Source: Amoebophrya sp. A120
Taxonomy: Eukaryota; Protista; Dinoflagellata
Length of the DNA stretch: 64,000 nucleotides
Reading direction: 5' to 3'
Assembly: GCA_905178155.1 (NCBI GenBank)
Contig: CAJINV010000003.1
Location: forward strand, 7,336,601-7,400,600
A program made the position numbers and the translations under genes. Position 1 is the first letter of the stretch; each line of letters starts with the position of its first letter. The notes beneath the pieces are model-generated. The model did no database searches, had not been told where the DNA came from, and worked only from the letters and a program-made list of their open reading frames with translations. Positions 34,219 through 48,300 of this stretch are shown here, in pieces.

Positions 34219-37200
34219 TCACGATTTCCACTCGTGCAGCGATTTTATGTAGTAGTCGGGAAAGATGCGATACTGGGCTGGCTCCACAGCGGCGTGGGGG
34301 AGATACATATCGACCTCAACTGTATCCTCCGCCAGGGCACGTTCCCTTTCAAGCTGTGCACGCCGTTCCTCTGCTTCGTCTTCATCCTCGCCAGTATGCA
34401 GAGAAGAGAAAGTGTCTGATCACCGGGTGTACATATCAGTTTCTTCTGCAACCAAGTACAACAAAAATAGATGAAGTAGCACTTTGCTCTGCCTGTGGCG
34501 TTGCACGGCGTTCCTGTCCCGAGAGTGCCAGCGACGACCCGTACGCCCTTCGCTTGGGACAAAGAAAAAGAGACAGCACATCAGCCGTAATACTCGTAAA
34601 ACAAATGAAATTCTTGAAATTATGCCTGTGACAAATCATGATGAATGCAGAAGCTGATACCATTTACCGTGAACGCAGACACATGATTTTTCTGATGTCG
34701 TAAATCTTTTCCTGCGTAAGATTTTATTTGTGCTCAGTTCTTCGTTTTCCGCAGGAGCAGACAGAGGCAGAAACATACATGCAAAAATGAACAAGCATTC
34801 AAATTCATAAATGCTCGGAGACGGAGCCAATCGCATCACATCTCTGTTTGAAACGAGGTCGGAGTGGCCAGTTCAAAACGAGAAGATCGGGATTGATTCT
34901 GCCACAACCACACAAGACCTTGTCCTCTCCCAGGATGCGGATGCCTAAGCTGATGGTGGTCACGGTTACTATACTGCATGCCTAAGCTGATGGTGGTCAC
35001 GGTTACTATACTGCTCATCCTACTTACTTCTACATTATTTTCTCGGTCAATAAGAATGAAATTGCAGGAGGCGGATGTATCAGAAATTCAAATTGCCATG
35101 CAAACCTCTCCGTCCTCGTCGCCGTCCTCTTCTGCTTCTTCCTCCTTCTTCTCGCCGTCCTCCTCGCCGTCTTCGTCGCCGTCGTCTGCGTTGCCCTCGT
35201 TGGGATCGGCGTCGGGCACCACTGGTGGGGGCGTCGGGTCCACATATGGTGACTCTGTGCTGGGCAGAAAAACCCACTTCACAAAGGCGTCAAATTTGTC
35301 CTCCTGGAAGACCCCGTTCAGGATGTCGGTACCGTCGGGGTTGCGGCACCCCTGTATCGAGTACTCCTTCAGAAACAACAGGAATTCCGAGAAATTTATC
35401 TCCGTTTCCAGAAAATCCGCTATCCCGATATCTGCACGTTGGTCGGTTTTATTCATGGTTGCAGTGTTGAGCTTCTGAATATCTTATCATTCTTTTTCGT
35501 TTGGCGCGTCTACACCGAGAAAGCGAAATGAACATCAAATAATCTTTGTTCTACAGTCTCCCGCCGTCGAGGCATGCCACCGGAGAGCCGCTACCGTCCC
35601 CGGGTGCATTGAATCCATCATGCACTCCAGCATGGGAGCCAACGACATAATCCAATTTATGTCCGTCGCCATCTGTTGGGTGCACTCCACGCCTTCACCT
35701 CGATCCGCGCGAGTGTATTCCGGCTTGAGTTATGCAAAGAAACAATGAAGCTAGTAGGGGTCACTACATTTGTTTGTGTTTCTTCTTTCCTGCTACCCTT
35801 TTCAATCAATATGAGACAGACTCACTTTCGTCCATTTTCTGATTCTTCATCATCATTTGTGGTGCGCCCGAGACGTGTGCGCTTCCGCCAATGCAAGTGC
35901 TGGCGGATGCACAAGCATGCTTGCTTTGTCCAGGGGGAGAACTCCCGCTTTTGTTCCATCCTCTTCCTTTAATAGGAAGCATTAGCCATCTATTAAGCCA
36001 ATAAAGTATTGTCGTTTTGACGAGCAGCACACAGTAAAAAAGTACATACAAAAGAGCCCGCTCGCTCACTACTCTTAAGGCGGGCCTAGAAAGTGAAACT
36101 GTGAGCCCCAACCTTGTTGACTTACATTTCTTACAGCACCCGTGGCGTTCGCAAAGAGGGCGTTTAACCTGAAAGTGGAAATGTTTCTTTGCCAACTTTA
36201 GCTTTCCATGTTTTTTGTCACAGCACGCGCCTGATGCTGCGGCGTCTGATTAAGAAGAGTACAAAAGAACTAGTAGAATGAAGAAAACAAAAAACCTGCT
36301 ACCGAGATCTCCTTCAATGGTATTTGTCTTCAAGATCAAGAACTAACAATCACGTAATTCTTCCGTACCCTTGCTTTTTTTCCTCCTTGTAGTTGAGGGA
36401 GCCCCGGTTCAGTTGCGTTCGGGTGATGCTTTGCTTCAGAATACCCAGGTCGTCGTCGCCTTCTACATCGTCCAAGAGCGCGGGAATGACCGCCGAATTC
36501 AGGTCTACCACGAGGTTTAGCCTCGATTTCAAGAGGCCCAATCGCTTCCACAGCTGCAAGACCTTTTTGAAGGTCGTCGTCACGATCTGCCGTCCATTAA
36601 TGTGCGCGCGACGACTGTTACTGACGAACTTCGAGGTGCCGGCGGGGTCGAACAGCCCTCCTGCCGTAACGGTGTCGCTTCGTGGGCGGCTGGAACTTGA
36701 ACTGCTGCTACTACCGCCGAAGGCGCCCGTGCCGTTGCACATCGTCCCGCAAAACAAGTCCCACAGCTGCGGGCGGTGCTGGTCCAGCACCACCTTCCAT
36801 TCTGGCGCCCGAAGCATGTCGAAAGTCGCAAAGGACGTAGAGGGTACCAGCAGGAGCGGTTTGATGTTCTCTTTGAACAGCTTCTCTAGTTGCTTCTCCA
36901 GATCGCACAGGTAGGGATACCGCGCAATCGCAACCCGTGTCAGCCCTTCCAGAAAGTGTCGAAATAACATCGTGACGTTGTATTCGTGCGCGTCTTGTAT
37001 CTGTAGTGTTTGTTTTCAACCGCCCAATTTTCATGTGACAAACCGCGTGCTGGTTAAAAGAGATAGCCAAATAAGGCAAAGGCAAAGCCCCAGGCATGAT
37101 AATTTATTATGCATTAACTTCTTGTCATACATCAGCTCACCCTGTGTCAATAGGTATGGGAGATAATTCAAATTTTACAAAATTTTACGGGAAATTCAGG

Positions 37201-39916
37201 CTCAGTGGTAAATACCTGATAACTATCTCCAATTTTTCGTGCGTATCCAAGCTCCTTGTCAATAAGGTCGCCCGGATGCTCCAGAACGTTGAAATCAGTT
37301 GGACACTTTTCTTTGTGCCACCTTGGACCCCCGACGAGCCACCGTGTGAGCCTCGCTAGACTGCAAACAGGAGAAAGCTGGAATATTAATTTTTGGGTGC
37401 GAATGTCGAACTTTTATTTTGGCGTGAAAAAAAAGGATACGGCTGAGCCTCGGATGGGAAAGTCGATCTTGATCTATCAGATAATGACATGCTCATCACA
37501 CTATCGCAAGCAGATAGAGCAATGAGCAAAGTAGAAGTACCGAGTACAGGGCAATGAAAACATTAAAACTCAGATTGACGAAAAATAACTAGCCTACCAA
37601 TCTAAAATCCTTGGCGAAGCACCAGAACTGCAAAAGTGTTAGCACGTAGGGATCGTCGTCGTCGGACTTGAGGACTTTTCGGTACCGCAGGTACATCTGC
37701 TTCGTCTCCGACATGTAGCGGAGAAGCAAGTTGTAGCTGCCGGTGAGGGGATCCTTCACGACGCGTGTGGGGTCCTCCTTAATGAAGACCACAAGGTCCT
37801 GTATGCTGATGCACAGCCGCACGGGGTTGTCCTCACCCCCGATGTTCAAAGTTGTTTTTGCTACGGCTTTCCCCCGTGGCGGATTGACCTAATTCGGTGT
37901 CAAGAAGATAGTTGGCATTTCGACTACAAAATTCTGTCTCTACTACCGCTGCGTAGTACCTATTACCATGGCGTACCACTTTAACTTTTCTGCGTTGGTA
38001 CTAGCGTGGTTGTAGTGATCGAATTTTATGTGTTGTCAATTCAGAAAGTAAATATTGGAAACTCGGAACCTCATCATCAGAAATTTAATTTCACTGCAGA
38101 TTGGAGTATACCATCGTGTCATTCCTGAAGGCGCCACAGTAGACTGAACCGTCTTCGAAGGTAAATCGCCCGTTGTCATCCTGTTTGAGATTCTCCACCC
38201 AGTGGCCTTCGTATTTTGCTCCGTTTGCATAATGAAAAACCCCAAAGCTGTATGGTTATTATTTCGTAGATTAGACTAACCTCGACAGGGCAGTGGGCAG
38301 AGCGTTAAAAGGGCAGTGGAAGTGCGCAACATTGAATATCAATCGCAATCGGAAACGAAAACATCATGAACAAGTACACGAAATATAAGAGCCAAAATGT
38401 CGTCATGCTCTTTTTGCAGCAGGAACAGAAACTTTTCTACCCGTGCCGCTTTCCTGCCTTCCATTGTCCTTCATAGCGATTGTTCATTTGCTGCGAGGTG
38501 TGCTTGTCGACTTCGTTCTTGGCGTTGTTGAGTGCCTCCCACATGTGGCAGCCCTCTCCATCGGGTAGATTGCTTGACCACTGTCCGGTGTAGCTCTCGT
38601 TGACCCGCCCGTCCTCTTTCCATGTCATGCTGCCGCTTCCTTTCATGTACCCCTCCGCCCAATACCCGTCATATACGACTCCCTTGCGCCACTGCTGCAT
38701 CCCCTTACTGTATTGAAGTTGAAAAACATTCACAAACCCACGCAGGCAGAGGCACTGCATCAATTAAGTATCCGCGCGTGCAGTCAAAAATAAAGAAAAA
38801 AGTGCGTACAAAATACAAGTGTCAAACTCAAAACGGCTCACTCCAGAATAAATAAAACATCATGGTTAGCTGGAGTTGTATTAGCAATGTTTCAAAGTAG
38901 AAGCTCTCGATTTTTTGATTCGAGCGCAGCGAGACCAACAGCAGACTTGTCAAATGGATTTTCGCAAGGACAAAACGCAACCGCGACGAGGACGAGCCGT
39001 GTCCTGCCACATCTACAAGCGCACAAGGAGAAGCATATTACGATAAATCATACAAAATAAATTCACTACCCGTGTTTGAGTCCGCCCTCCCACTGTCCAA
39101 TGTACCAGGACTGGTACTCGGCGCAATCGAAGGCTTTGTCATACTGCTCGGAGTCCACTTCGTCCTTCTTTTTTGGTGCGGGGGTCTGGAGGTCCTCGGG
39201 AGCGGGTCCTCCTGATGCCGTGGAGGGTTGGGGGTCCAGCTGCGTGGTGGACGACGAGGAGGACTTTCGGGGCTTTAACTTGGGGAGGCTGGGGTGGAAT
39301 TCCGAGTCCTTCGCGTAGACCATCACCCCGTACCCGTGCCGCTTGCCCTTCAGCCACGAACCCTTGTAGCGGCAATTGCCGTCGGCCGCAAAAAAGAGGC
39401 CATCACCGGTACGGTAGCCCTCCACGAAGTCTCCGTCGTACCATCGCCCGTCGATCCACCGGCAGGTCCCGTGGCCCTGGATCTGGCTATTGCGAAAGGG
39501 ACCTTCGTAGTAGATGCCCGCTCCCTCCCAGTGGTAGCTGCCAGTGCCAAACTATGCATCGCACAAGTATCGCGCTACAGCACGTGACTTTTCTCCAAGT
39601 TGCGTCACGAACTCGATGAACTGCTGGTTGTATCCATGCTGGGTCAATAAAAAGTTGACTTTTTGTTATTTCTTACGACGACGTGCCATGCAAAAACAAA
39701 GCTCCAACTCTCCTCGATCTTGTACACGGCCTACGATACTTTTGCAGAGAATACCTCCAGCACCTGCTCCCCGATTGACGACACTTTCACCGGCCCAGTG
39801 TACATCCGGTCGGGCATCATCTGCACTTGCCGGATCTCATACTTCTTCTTCTTTTTTTTCGGTGACGTCTTCTCCCCCGTCGCTATCTCGCTATACCGAC
39901 TCGCTGTCGCGGACAT
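34219..39916 (-). CDS. MORN-repeat protein, radial spoke head 10 (RSPH10B)-like, multi-exon
   Basis: MORN repeats (YKGSWLKGKRHGYG, YIGQWEGGLKHG, YDGYWAEGYMKGSG, YEGQWKAGKRHG), then LLRYMSETKQMY...LTLLQFWCFAKD, LFRHFLEGLTRVA and EINFSEFLLFL, then an acidic tail. The 3' end is approximate. Confidence 0.7.
34941..35014. repeat. Perfect 37-bp tandem duplication (probably intronic)
   Basis: ATGCCTAAGCTGATGGTGGTCACGGTTACTATACTGC x2. Confidence 0.95.
39553..39753. mobile_element. Introner-like element, family A, with decayed downstream duplication
   Basis: TATGCATCGCACAAGTATCG / rc TATTCTCTGCAAAAGTATCG. Removing the element plus 5 bp gives VLE|GTGSYHW, a correct MORN repeat. Confidence 0.85.
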
Positions 39917-42900
39917 TTCCGATCTATGCAAGTAGAAACCTCCGCTGGTACAATCTCAACTGGAGGAACAAGAAGTTGAAGATGCAAAATCAACTCGGAT
40001 TGGCTGACTGGGACTAGGTCTATCTGAGCTATTGTATTGCTCGACAACTCTATGCAGCTCCGAAATGCACGTATACACGGACAGAGATAAATATGATGTA
40101 AAGCTGTAGTAAATAGACTTTTCTTTTGGTTTGTTTTCCTTTACGGACGGTCTTTGCATTTTTGAGATTGTTACAGCTGAGGGGTTCATACGATTGAGTT
40201 TCCGCTTTGGCTCTGCGTTCGGCTTCCGCTTTTCAGGCTCTGGACCGAGCCTTTACCTCGGATTGGTTGTGTATTTCCAAATTCTTCGTCGTAAAATCCT
40301 TGACCTTGTCGATGCTGGTGGCGCTCTTGCTCTCGTGGGAGGTCCTCGTGCTCTTCCCGTACTTTCAGTGCGGAGATTATTCTAGTGTAGTTGACTATGT
40401 ATGTACCCCCAAACCTCAGCGAGAGCTCCAGCTCTTTGGCGCACCGTCAGGGTGGCTTTCGCTTTCTTTAGGCCCTTGCTGGTTGTACTTGCAACGTCGG
40501 TCGTATACGCGCTGGTCGCTTGTCTAAGCGGTGTATTTCATCAGTAGCTGCAACAGATTGTAATTGGTCCAGCCCCAAATCGATGACACTTCGTCATTGC
40601 GAGACCGCGCATCCACAACTGTCACGGCGATCTCGTGCTCTTCTCCACTTGATGCGAATCTTGTCGCTCCTCTGCTATTCTCGGAGGAAGTTTCACCCGC
40701 TAGGCAGCAGGTTTCACTGAGTCTGGAAGGGGCCGCGGATGCTCCCCAGAACGGAGGGGGCCGTGTGTAATGCGGGGTAGCATCAAAGATAGAACATCTG
40801 CGCAGCGACCGGACAAATTGCGCTACCGAAACCAAGAGGGAAAAACTACAAAGCTTCCATATTTATCTCCCATTTATTGACTTTCTGTTTACAACAGCCT
40901 TTTGCCGCTTTCACGAAGATTCTTCGTATAGAAGACGCCACACCGAGTGAGGCCGAGATTGCTTTGTTTCCACTCATAAACGAAATACTTCATGGAACCC
41001 TCGTATCGACTAGCGGATTCAAGAAGAGAAATATAATTTTCTCTTGATTATCCGCGATGAAGAGGGAGCAAGAAACGGTGACCTGCAGCTGGTCACACCG
41101 AACTACAAATTCCTCTTCGACTTTCTCGACACTCTTTCTATGATTGCCTCTCACTCTCGTCCACCCAAGTACGATATGAAGATTTCGTATTCCAGGACAT
41201 CCACGACAACGAACGACCTTCACAACTTCACGGCTTCCACTCAAGAACGTAGCTGTGAAAAAGCTCCCCGCGATACCAGTGGCGGCAACGCGTCGCTGTA
41301 CAATGCCAGAGAGAGGTCTCAATTGGGCTGGTAACAAAGAGGATGTACACCCTGCCAGCACGATTGCGATTTCAACGAAACAGGACGACCGGAACTCCGA
41401 ATGACAGTGTCTTTGTGGTCCCAGTCGCTCCAGAAACCAGACGGCTTTGCCATATTCGCGAACAATGCCATCTGGCAGGCTTATACCCTCCCACCAGGGT
41501 CAAGTCGGCGCGTGTCGCGACCTTTCTTTGTTGATGTCGCCACCATCAACAAATTTCTGAGATGAGTGTAATATGTTTTCTGACAAGAAGGGATCTGAAA
41601 ATTGTAGCTGCTTCCTACATGCACAGATGCAGTTGCTGTTCCTGGTTCTGTAGGGTACAACGCACAATGCAAATCCGATCTTTTTCTTTGTTATGGTCGT
41701 TTGACGACTTTCAATGTCTTTGAATACCATGAGTTTTTTTCCCGAGTCAGAATGCTATGAACATGATTACGACGTTGCCGCACAACAAAAAGCATGCGTG
41801 ACGCGTCTATGTGAAAGAAAATGAAATAAGGCAGTCACACATGTATGCATCGGTCTCCACGTGACTGTGCCTCGAGCTCGACTTTCCTCCCCATATTACA
41901 CAAATGATGCACATGATCTTCCAAAAGATTAAGTACACGCTCAATGCATTCTGAGCAGGTGGCAACGGAGTACTTAGTCGGCCACCTTCAAGAAAGTTCA
42001 AGAAGCAAGATAGACGCGATGTAAGTAGTAGAGTTCCAAAAATAAAAGAGCTTGCTTCTTGCTCCTACCTACAGCTACTTCCGCACCCAAATGCTTCGTA
42101 CTGTGGTTCTCGTTCTCGAAGCGGAAACAAAGAATCGATACATTTCTCATGTAAAAAAACGCTGCAAAAGAAGTTTCCCTGCACAAAGCGAATCACGGTT
42201 CTGACCAAGGATAAAGAAACATTTATGTTTCTGTACTATGAGTATGTTGGTTAGAAGTCTATCTAAGTACAAAAGTAAAACACCAAAAAAAGGTTCGCAA
42301 ACGGGAAGAAGTAGGAACATATCAACTGTAAAAGTGTCTGGGTCTGGAAGAATTCATGTTTGTCATGCTTGTCTGGCATGGCTCTTAAATCTGTCATGCA
42401 CGTTACCCAAGCGCTCCGTTTTTCTGTGATGCAGGAGCGCAGTTTGTCATGCAGAATAGGCAACACCTAGGAGCTCAGAAACTTGTCATGCTGAGCCAGC
42501 ATTTGTAGCCTCATCATGAGACGCCACCCAGCATCACAAGTTTCCAGACCCAGACATTTTTACATTTGATAGAACAATAGCAGTAGCAACTCAGGGTAAA
42601 GAAGCTGCTGCATGTTACCCACCGCAAACCGCACCCGATAAAGCATTTCATTTCGTAAAAAGTCTCCCTGGGCAAAAACAAATACAAATAGAACAACTAA
42701 ACACCAATTACCGGACTAGGAAAATTACACACGAAAGAAAATACATTCAACATCGGACCAAAAACAAAATATAGGAAAAAGCTCACGAAAATGGATAATC
42801 TTACTTAAATCAATTATCTGTTGTAGCACGTTAACCCGCGGTGGCTGCAGTAGCTGCATTGACCGAAGGTCTTTTTTAGAAGTAGCTGTGCATTTGTTTG

Positions 42901-43480
42901 TCGTTGTCCCATACCTAATCAACATTCATAGGGAACGGAAAGCGTCAAACTGTTGATGTGGACATCTTCGTCAGCGCCAGTTCTTGTAGAGGCAAATAGC
43001 TTGTAAGCACAACTAGGTTCTTGGGAGCATCCTCTCCACTACAAGTCGTGCTAGTGCTCCCCGACACCAGCAACGACAATCGTATGGATTAGAATTTCTC
43101 GTGGCCTCATCGTATTAGAAAGACCATTATAAATAGAGTACTGCTTATGTTCATGCTCCTTAAAAGAAATGATCTTCTCGGAAGATGGATGAAACATATG
43201 ATATATGCTATTGCTAATCACGACAACTCATACAAAAACTCACTCGTAGTTCCTTCGTGGAAAATAGCGGACAATAGCTCCTTCTTGCCGATGCGGACAC
43301 AGGTTCGAATCGTGACGATGAGGCATAGTAATAGTTTAGTACTATGTGGAGGAAGATATCATTTTCCACATCAGCCGCTCGGAATTTGGTAGCTCGAAAT
43401 TTCTACTTCATAGACAACTTCGTTAAACTAAATACTTAAACACGCTGTCTATCAAATTCTTTCCAGCGGAGCATGCATGT

Positions 43481-45370
43481 TTAGTCGATCTTCGTCCGGG
43501 TCATCTCCAAAGCCTCCTGCGCAACTTCATCCAGATTCTTCAGCGTAATGCGGATCGCCTCCCAGTACGGCAAGCTTTTGTACTCCTTCCCGTGCTTTTC
43601 GAATACGGCACGCACACGCGGCGAAATCTTCGGGAAGCGAAACTGTGGCATTTGCGGCCACAGGTGATGTTCGATCTGTATATTATTGAATTTCATTTTG
43701 CAAAAGTAGTAGCACAGGAACTTGGAATCAGTTGCTTTGCCTGATACTTTATGTGTTCTGATTCTTCGTGATCCTGTCTTAGGATAGTGGTACTCAACAT
43801 CGGAGATGCTTCTAAATGCCAGCGACGTAGCTGTTAGACACAAGCGCAACTACAGGTGTAGGAAGAGAAATACACAAAACTGCTTTATACTTCTGCTGCT
43901 ACGCATTATTTACAGATACAGACGCAATAAAAATTGTAAGTATGAATATACGAAAACCATGCGAACCTGAAAGTTGAGGAAGCTCATCCACCAGTTGGTA
44001 AGAAAGTGGCTGTCGCAGTTCATGGTGTGGTCGGAGGCGTATTCCGCCCAGTTCCGGTGGTCGTCCTCGGGGACGACGTCCAGATGCGTGTGGGAGACAG
44101 TGCGTATCGAAACAAATTTCGAGTCGAATCCAATGCAGAAGATGAAGATTTTTGAAGTGTCCATGAAAATAAAGTGTCGTTCTCGCACATCAGATGGTTG
44201 CGTTTTTAGTTTTACCTCTTTTTCTTTTGATGCGGCCCCTAAGCTGCAGAGAAGAAATTGAAAGCGTGTGCCGCGTTTGTGTGTGCATTGTCCTTTTTAT
44301 TGTGCCGTTCTTTGCATTAACTTTAACTCGAAATTGTTTCGCTTGAGTAACGAAATTGGTGAAGATGTAGCTCGCGCCAAGCTGGACGTAGACAACGTAA
44401 AACATGACGCTTCCTAGAACGGACCACTGCAGCGACCCGACCAGGAACGCGAACAAGGCGACGTAGCGACAGGTCATCCAGAGCAGCTCTACGTAGTTCT
44501 GCGTGCGCATCGAGTGGCGGGGGTGCAGGTAGAGTTGCCAGAACAGCGCAACCAACAGACAGATCAACGGAGAGAACAGGTACGCTTGGTTTTTCAGCCA
44601 GTAGTTCGCCCACAGAGTGAGTTGTTTCTGCTTCGGGCCGGCAACCAGCTTCTGGCCCGCCCGTGTGTCTGTCACGGCTCCGGTGTGGAACGCGACCAGC
44701 GGTAAAGTGTTCAGGTCCACGTCATGTCCCACCTTTTGGGGGGTGGCGTGGTGTTTGTTGTGCTGGTTCGACCACCAGGAGGCTGCCATGCCGCACCCGA
44801 ACCCGTAAATGAACTGCTGCAGACGCTTGTCCAACTTCATCCAACCGGTCAACGAATAGTGACCGCCCTCGTGCTGGAGCCAGCCGCAGCGCCCCTGCGC
44901 GATTCCGAGGGTGATCAGACCGAGAAGCACGAACGTCGCGGAAAGTACGGAGTCCACAAAATGATCGCCGGCCGTGCCCCGGCTGGTGCCGGTGGTCCTC
45001 GTGCCCGCGTAGTACAAAAACCCGAGCCCGATGACGTGCATACACACGATCTCGGTCACGCGATACAGTGCGTGCAGGGGAGAGGGCTTAAAGTACCCCT
45101 CCGCGTCCAGTTCCGCCTCCAGTGCGCGGATGTCCGCAAGCAGCGCCTGGTTACCGACGTTCACGAATTCCGCTTTCTCCTTCGCACTCACGGGCTCGCG
45201 CTTTGGCAACTTTGCCAAAATCTTCGCTGCCTTGGCGGACCGGTGGTGGAACTGCGCGAACGCGTCCGTCCCATCGGTCCCCGCCATGAACTCCAAAATC
45301 CGTCCACCGGGATGCTTCTTCGTGTAGCTGGTCACGTCGACAATCTTCCCGTCAATGAAGATCTCGATTT
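43481..45370 (-). other. Domain: cytochrome b5 + front-end desaturase, delta-5-like
   Basis: IDGKIVDVTSYTKKHPGG; GIAQGRCGWLQHEGGHYSLTG; WWSNQHNKHHATPQKVGHDVDLNTLPLVAF; LNFQIEHHLWP. Resembles thraustochytrid/algal delta-5 desaturases. Confidence 0.85.
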
Positions 45371-48300
45371 TCTTCGATCCCTCCGCAGCTTCCTTCTTCG
45401 CCTCGTGGTCAGGTTTAGCATCAAGACCAACGACCAGTTGTGTCGCTTCCTCCGGCTTCTTCATCTTCGACCCCTCCTGCTCCTCCTGTCCCTTCAGGAG
45501 AGTGACAGCGGAAGTAGAAGACATGATCACGTTTTTGGTGTCGACAGCGTTACTAGTGCAGCTATCGTCGGTGCTTAATATCAACGCAGCAGCGGCCGGG
45601 AACTCTACCGGATGCAGCATGCCTGTCGTCGGCGAACGGATCATCTTTTTCACCGTGGTTCCATCCTCCACCTCATCAGCACACTTCTTCTTGGGGGTCG
45701 CCGCTGATGAAATAGATGACGTGCTGGCGTAGTGGCTCGTAGTCGTACCAGACTTCGACAACTGTTTCATGGAGTTGGCGATTCCGCCGGTTTTGGACGT
45801 GGACTGGTAGAACTGCACCCCGTGCACACCATTGACGTGCTCACACGTCTTGATCACGTTGCAGAGCACCTCGGAAAACACCGGGCGGGGGTCGAAGCGA
45901 TACAGGGACCCCAGAAGCGGCTTTACGCACTCCGTGGCCTCCGCGGCGTGGTAGTGCGGAATTTTGAAGTTCAAGTGATGCATGACGTGGGTGGACCCGA
46001 TCTTGTGGTGCAGGTGGTCGATCCACTTCGGATACGGCCGATCGATCGTGCACAGTGCCCCGCGAAGCCAGCTGAAGGACTCAGGACCGAAGTGGGGCAC
46101 CTCTTCGTCCGTGTGCTGCAGCCAGGTGTACAACACCAGCCACATGTTGGTGACAAGGTAGGGGCCAAAGTAGTACACCAGCACGGTTTCCACCCCCGCC
46201 CGCTGCGCCCACGCGGCCAGGAGTCCGGCCATGAGCACCAGTCCGACGGCGGACAGGTTCACGCGCAGGTGCCAACTGGGCGGAAAAATTTCGGAGGACG
46301 CGCCCGCATAGAAATGCGTGACGTTCTTTTTCTTGTTCAGCTTTTGGCCCCTCCAGTTGACGCGACCCCCGGTGAGGTTGAAAACCAGGTACATGGGCCA
46401 ACCCAGCACCAAGTGCAGCACTAGGTCAAGCAGGACAACGAAATTCTCCGAGAAAACCGGCACGTGCTTTAGCGAGTCGGACAGCTTGTGCAGCCACGTC
46501 GGTTTCGCGGGCGGCACGTGCGTTTCGCCCAGGGTCAGGTGGTTGGTGTACTTGTGGTGCTTGGCGTGGGTGAACTGCCACGCGAAATAGGGGACGAGCA
46601 ACACCGTGTGCGTGACAAACCCCACCACGTCGTTCAGCAAGGAAGACTCAGAGAAGGCGCCGTGGCCGCACTCGTGTCCCACCACCCAAACGCCGGTGGC
46701 GGCCGTGCCCATTAAGGCCGCGTACACAACGTTCAGTAGCAACCGGGGCGCGCCGAGAACGTCCGCTCCGAACGGAATGACGTGGAAGCGAAATGCGTAG
46801 TAGATCCCCGCACAGTAGACGCAGTCCCGAAAGAGATAACTTGCGGACCAGAAAGCGCTACGCTTCTTCAGCCGGGCGGGAATGGCAGCCATCACTTTTT
46901 CCTTGGTCAGGTAGTTCGTTGCGGCTTCCCACTCCTTGATGTCTTCGATCAAGTCCAGGGCACCCGCGGACACCGAGGATGGAGTTTTCATTTTCGTCAA
47001 GCAGGCCGCCCCTTCAGCCGAAGCGTTTTTAGTGGGCGCAAAGTCGTCCTCACGCTCCGACTTGGCAGAAAAGTTCGCCAAGGTCGGCTCTTTGCCCTCC
47101 TGCAGCCGGAGCTGCCCACCCTCGGCCATATCTGCACCAACGGAAGCGACTTTTGTGGGCTCTGCTTGTTCTCGCGGCAGCTGCTTCACGACGGGCTCGA
47201 ATTTCAAGTTGCGCACCTTGCAGAGCGGCGGGCCGGAGAGCGACTCGATCATCACTTCGCCTCGGTCGGCAGCCTTCTTCTGCATCCGGTTTTTCCGTTC
47301 CGTCCACATCCGGGTGCCCCGCTTCCGGTTCTTCACGAGCCCGAAGGCGGCCAGAAGGTCGATGAAGAGCTTCGTGGGGTTCCACTGCTGCAGGCAGCCC
47401 AGCTCCGCAGTGGCGTAGTCGAACGCGAAGGCGTGGTGCCAGCTGTGCCAGCCTTCCCCCATGGCGAGGAAGGAGACCAAGCGGGACTCGGACGGCGGGT
47501 GCTCGGGATCGTAGGGGGACGGCCCGAAGTCCGTGTGCACGATGCTGTTCACAGCCCAGGTGCAGTGCAACACGTACACGTACCGCAGCACCCCGGCGTA
47601 CAAGAACCCGTTCCACAGGGTCTCGTCCCACGCGAACACCGCCACGAACGCGGGCACCGCGAAGCACCACGCGAAGTTCCACCACGGGTCCGTCTTCTTC
47701 TGGAACTGCACGAACGCGTCCGCCTGCAGGTCCGTCACGTCCACCTTGCGGCCCGCCAACCGCACCGGCTCCGGCTTCTCGACTAGCAACCAGCCCATGT
47801 GCGAGTAGAACCACCCGCGGTTGCTGTCGTGCGGGTCGCTGCCGGTGTCCGAGTGTAGGTGGTGCGTTCGGTGGTCGCGCGCCCAGTGGAAGATGCTGCC
47901 CTGGTTCGCGATGGAGTTGAACAGCATCAGGAGGCAGCGGGCCACAGACCCGGCCTCATAGCTCTTGTGCGCCCACAACCGGTGCGCTCCGGCAGTGATC
48001 CCCAGCCCCGAAATGGGCCACAGCGCCAGGGACAACGCCAGCGTTTGCCACTTCACCGGCGCCGCCAGGTCGGTTGGGGAGAGGATGGCATCTTCGGACA
48101 GAATGCCCGCGTGCACCAGCACCACTCGGATGCCGGTGTCCAAAAGTTGCAGTACCAAGTCCTTCCCGCCCATGCAAAGCAACACAACGCAAGCGTGCAA
48201 CGCAAGCAAGTGGTTGATGCCGAGGTAAAAGCACATGAACACATTTAGCCGGTGCCCGAACGCGAAGATACCCGCCGTCTTCGTCTTGCTCCGGGCCCCT

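Noticed and set aside
40100-41550. Short ORFs upstream of the MORN gene
   Set aside because: No motif support on either strand.
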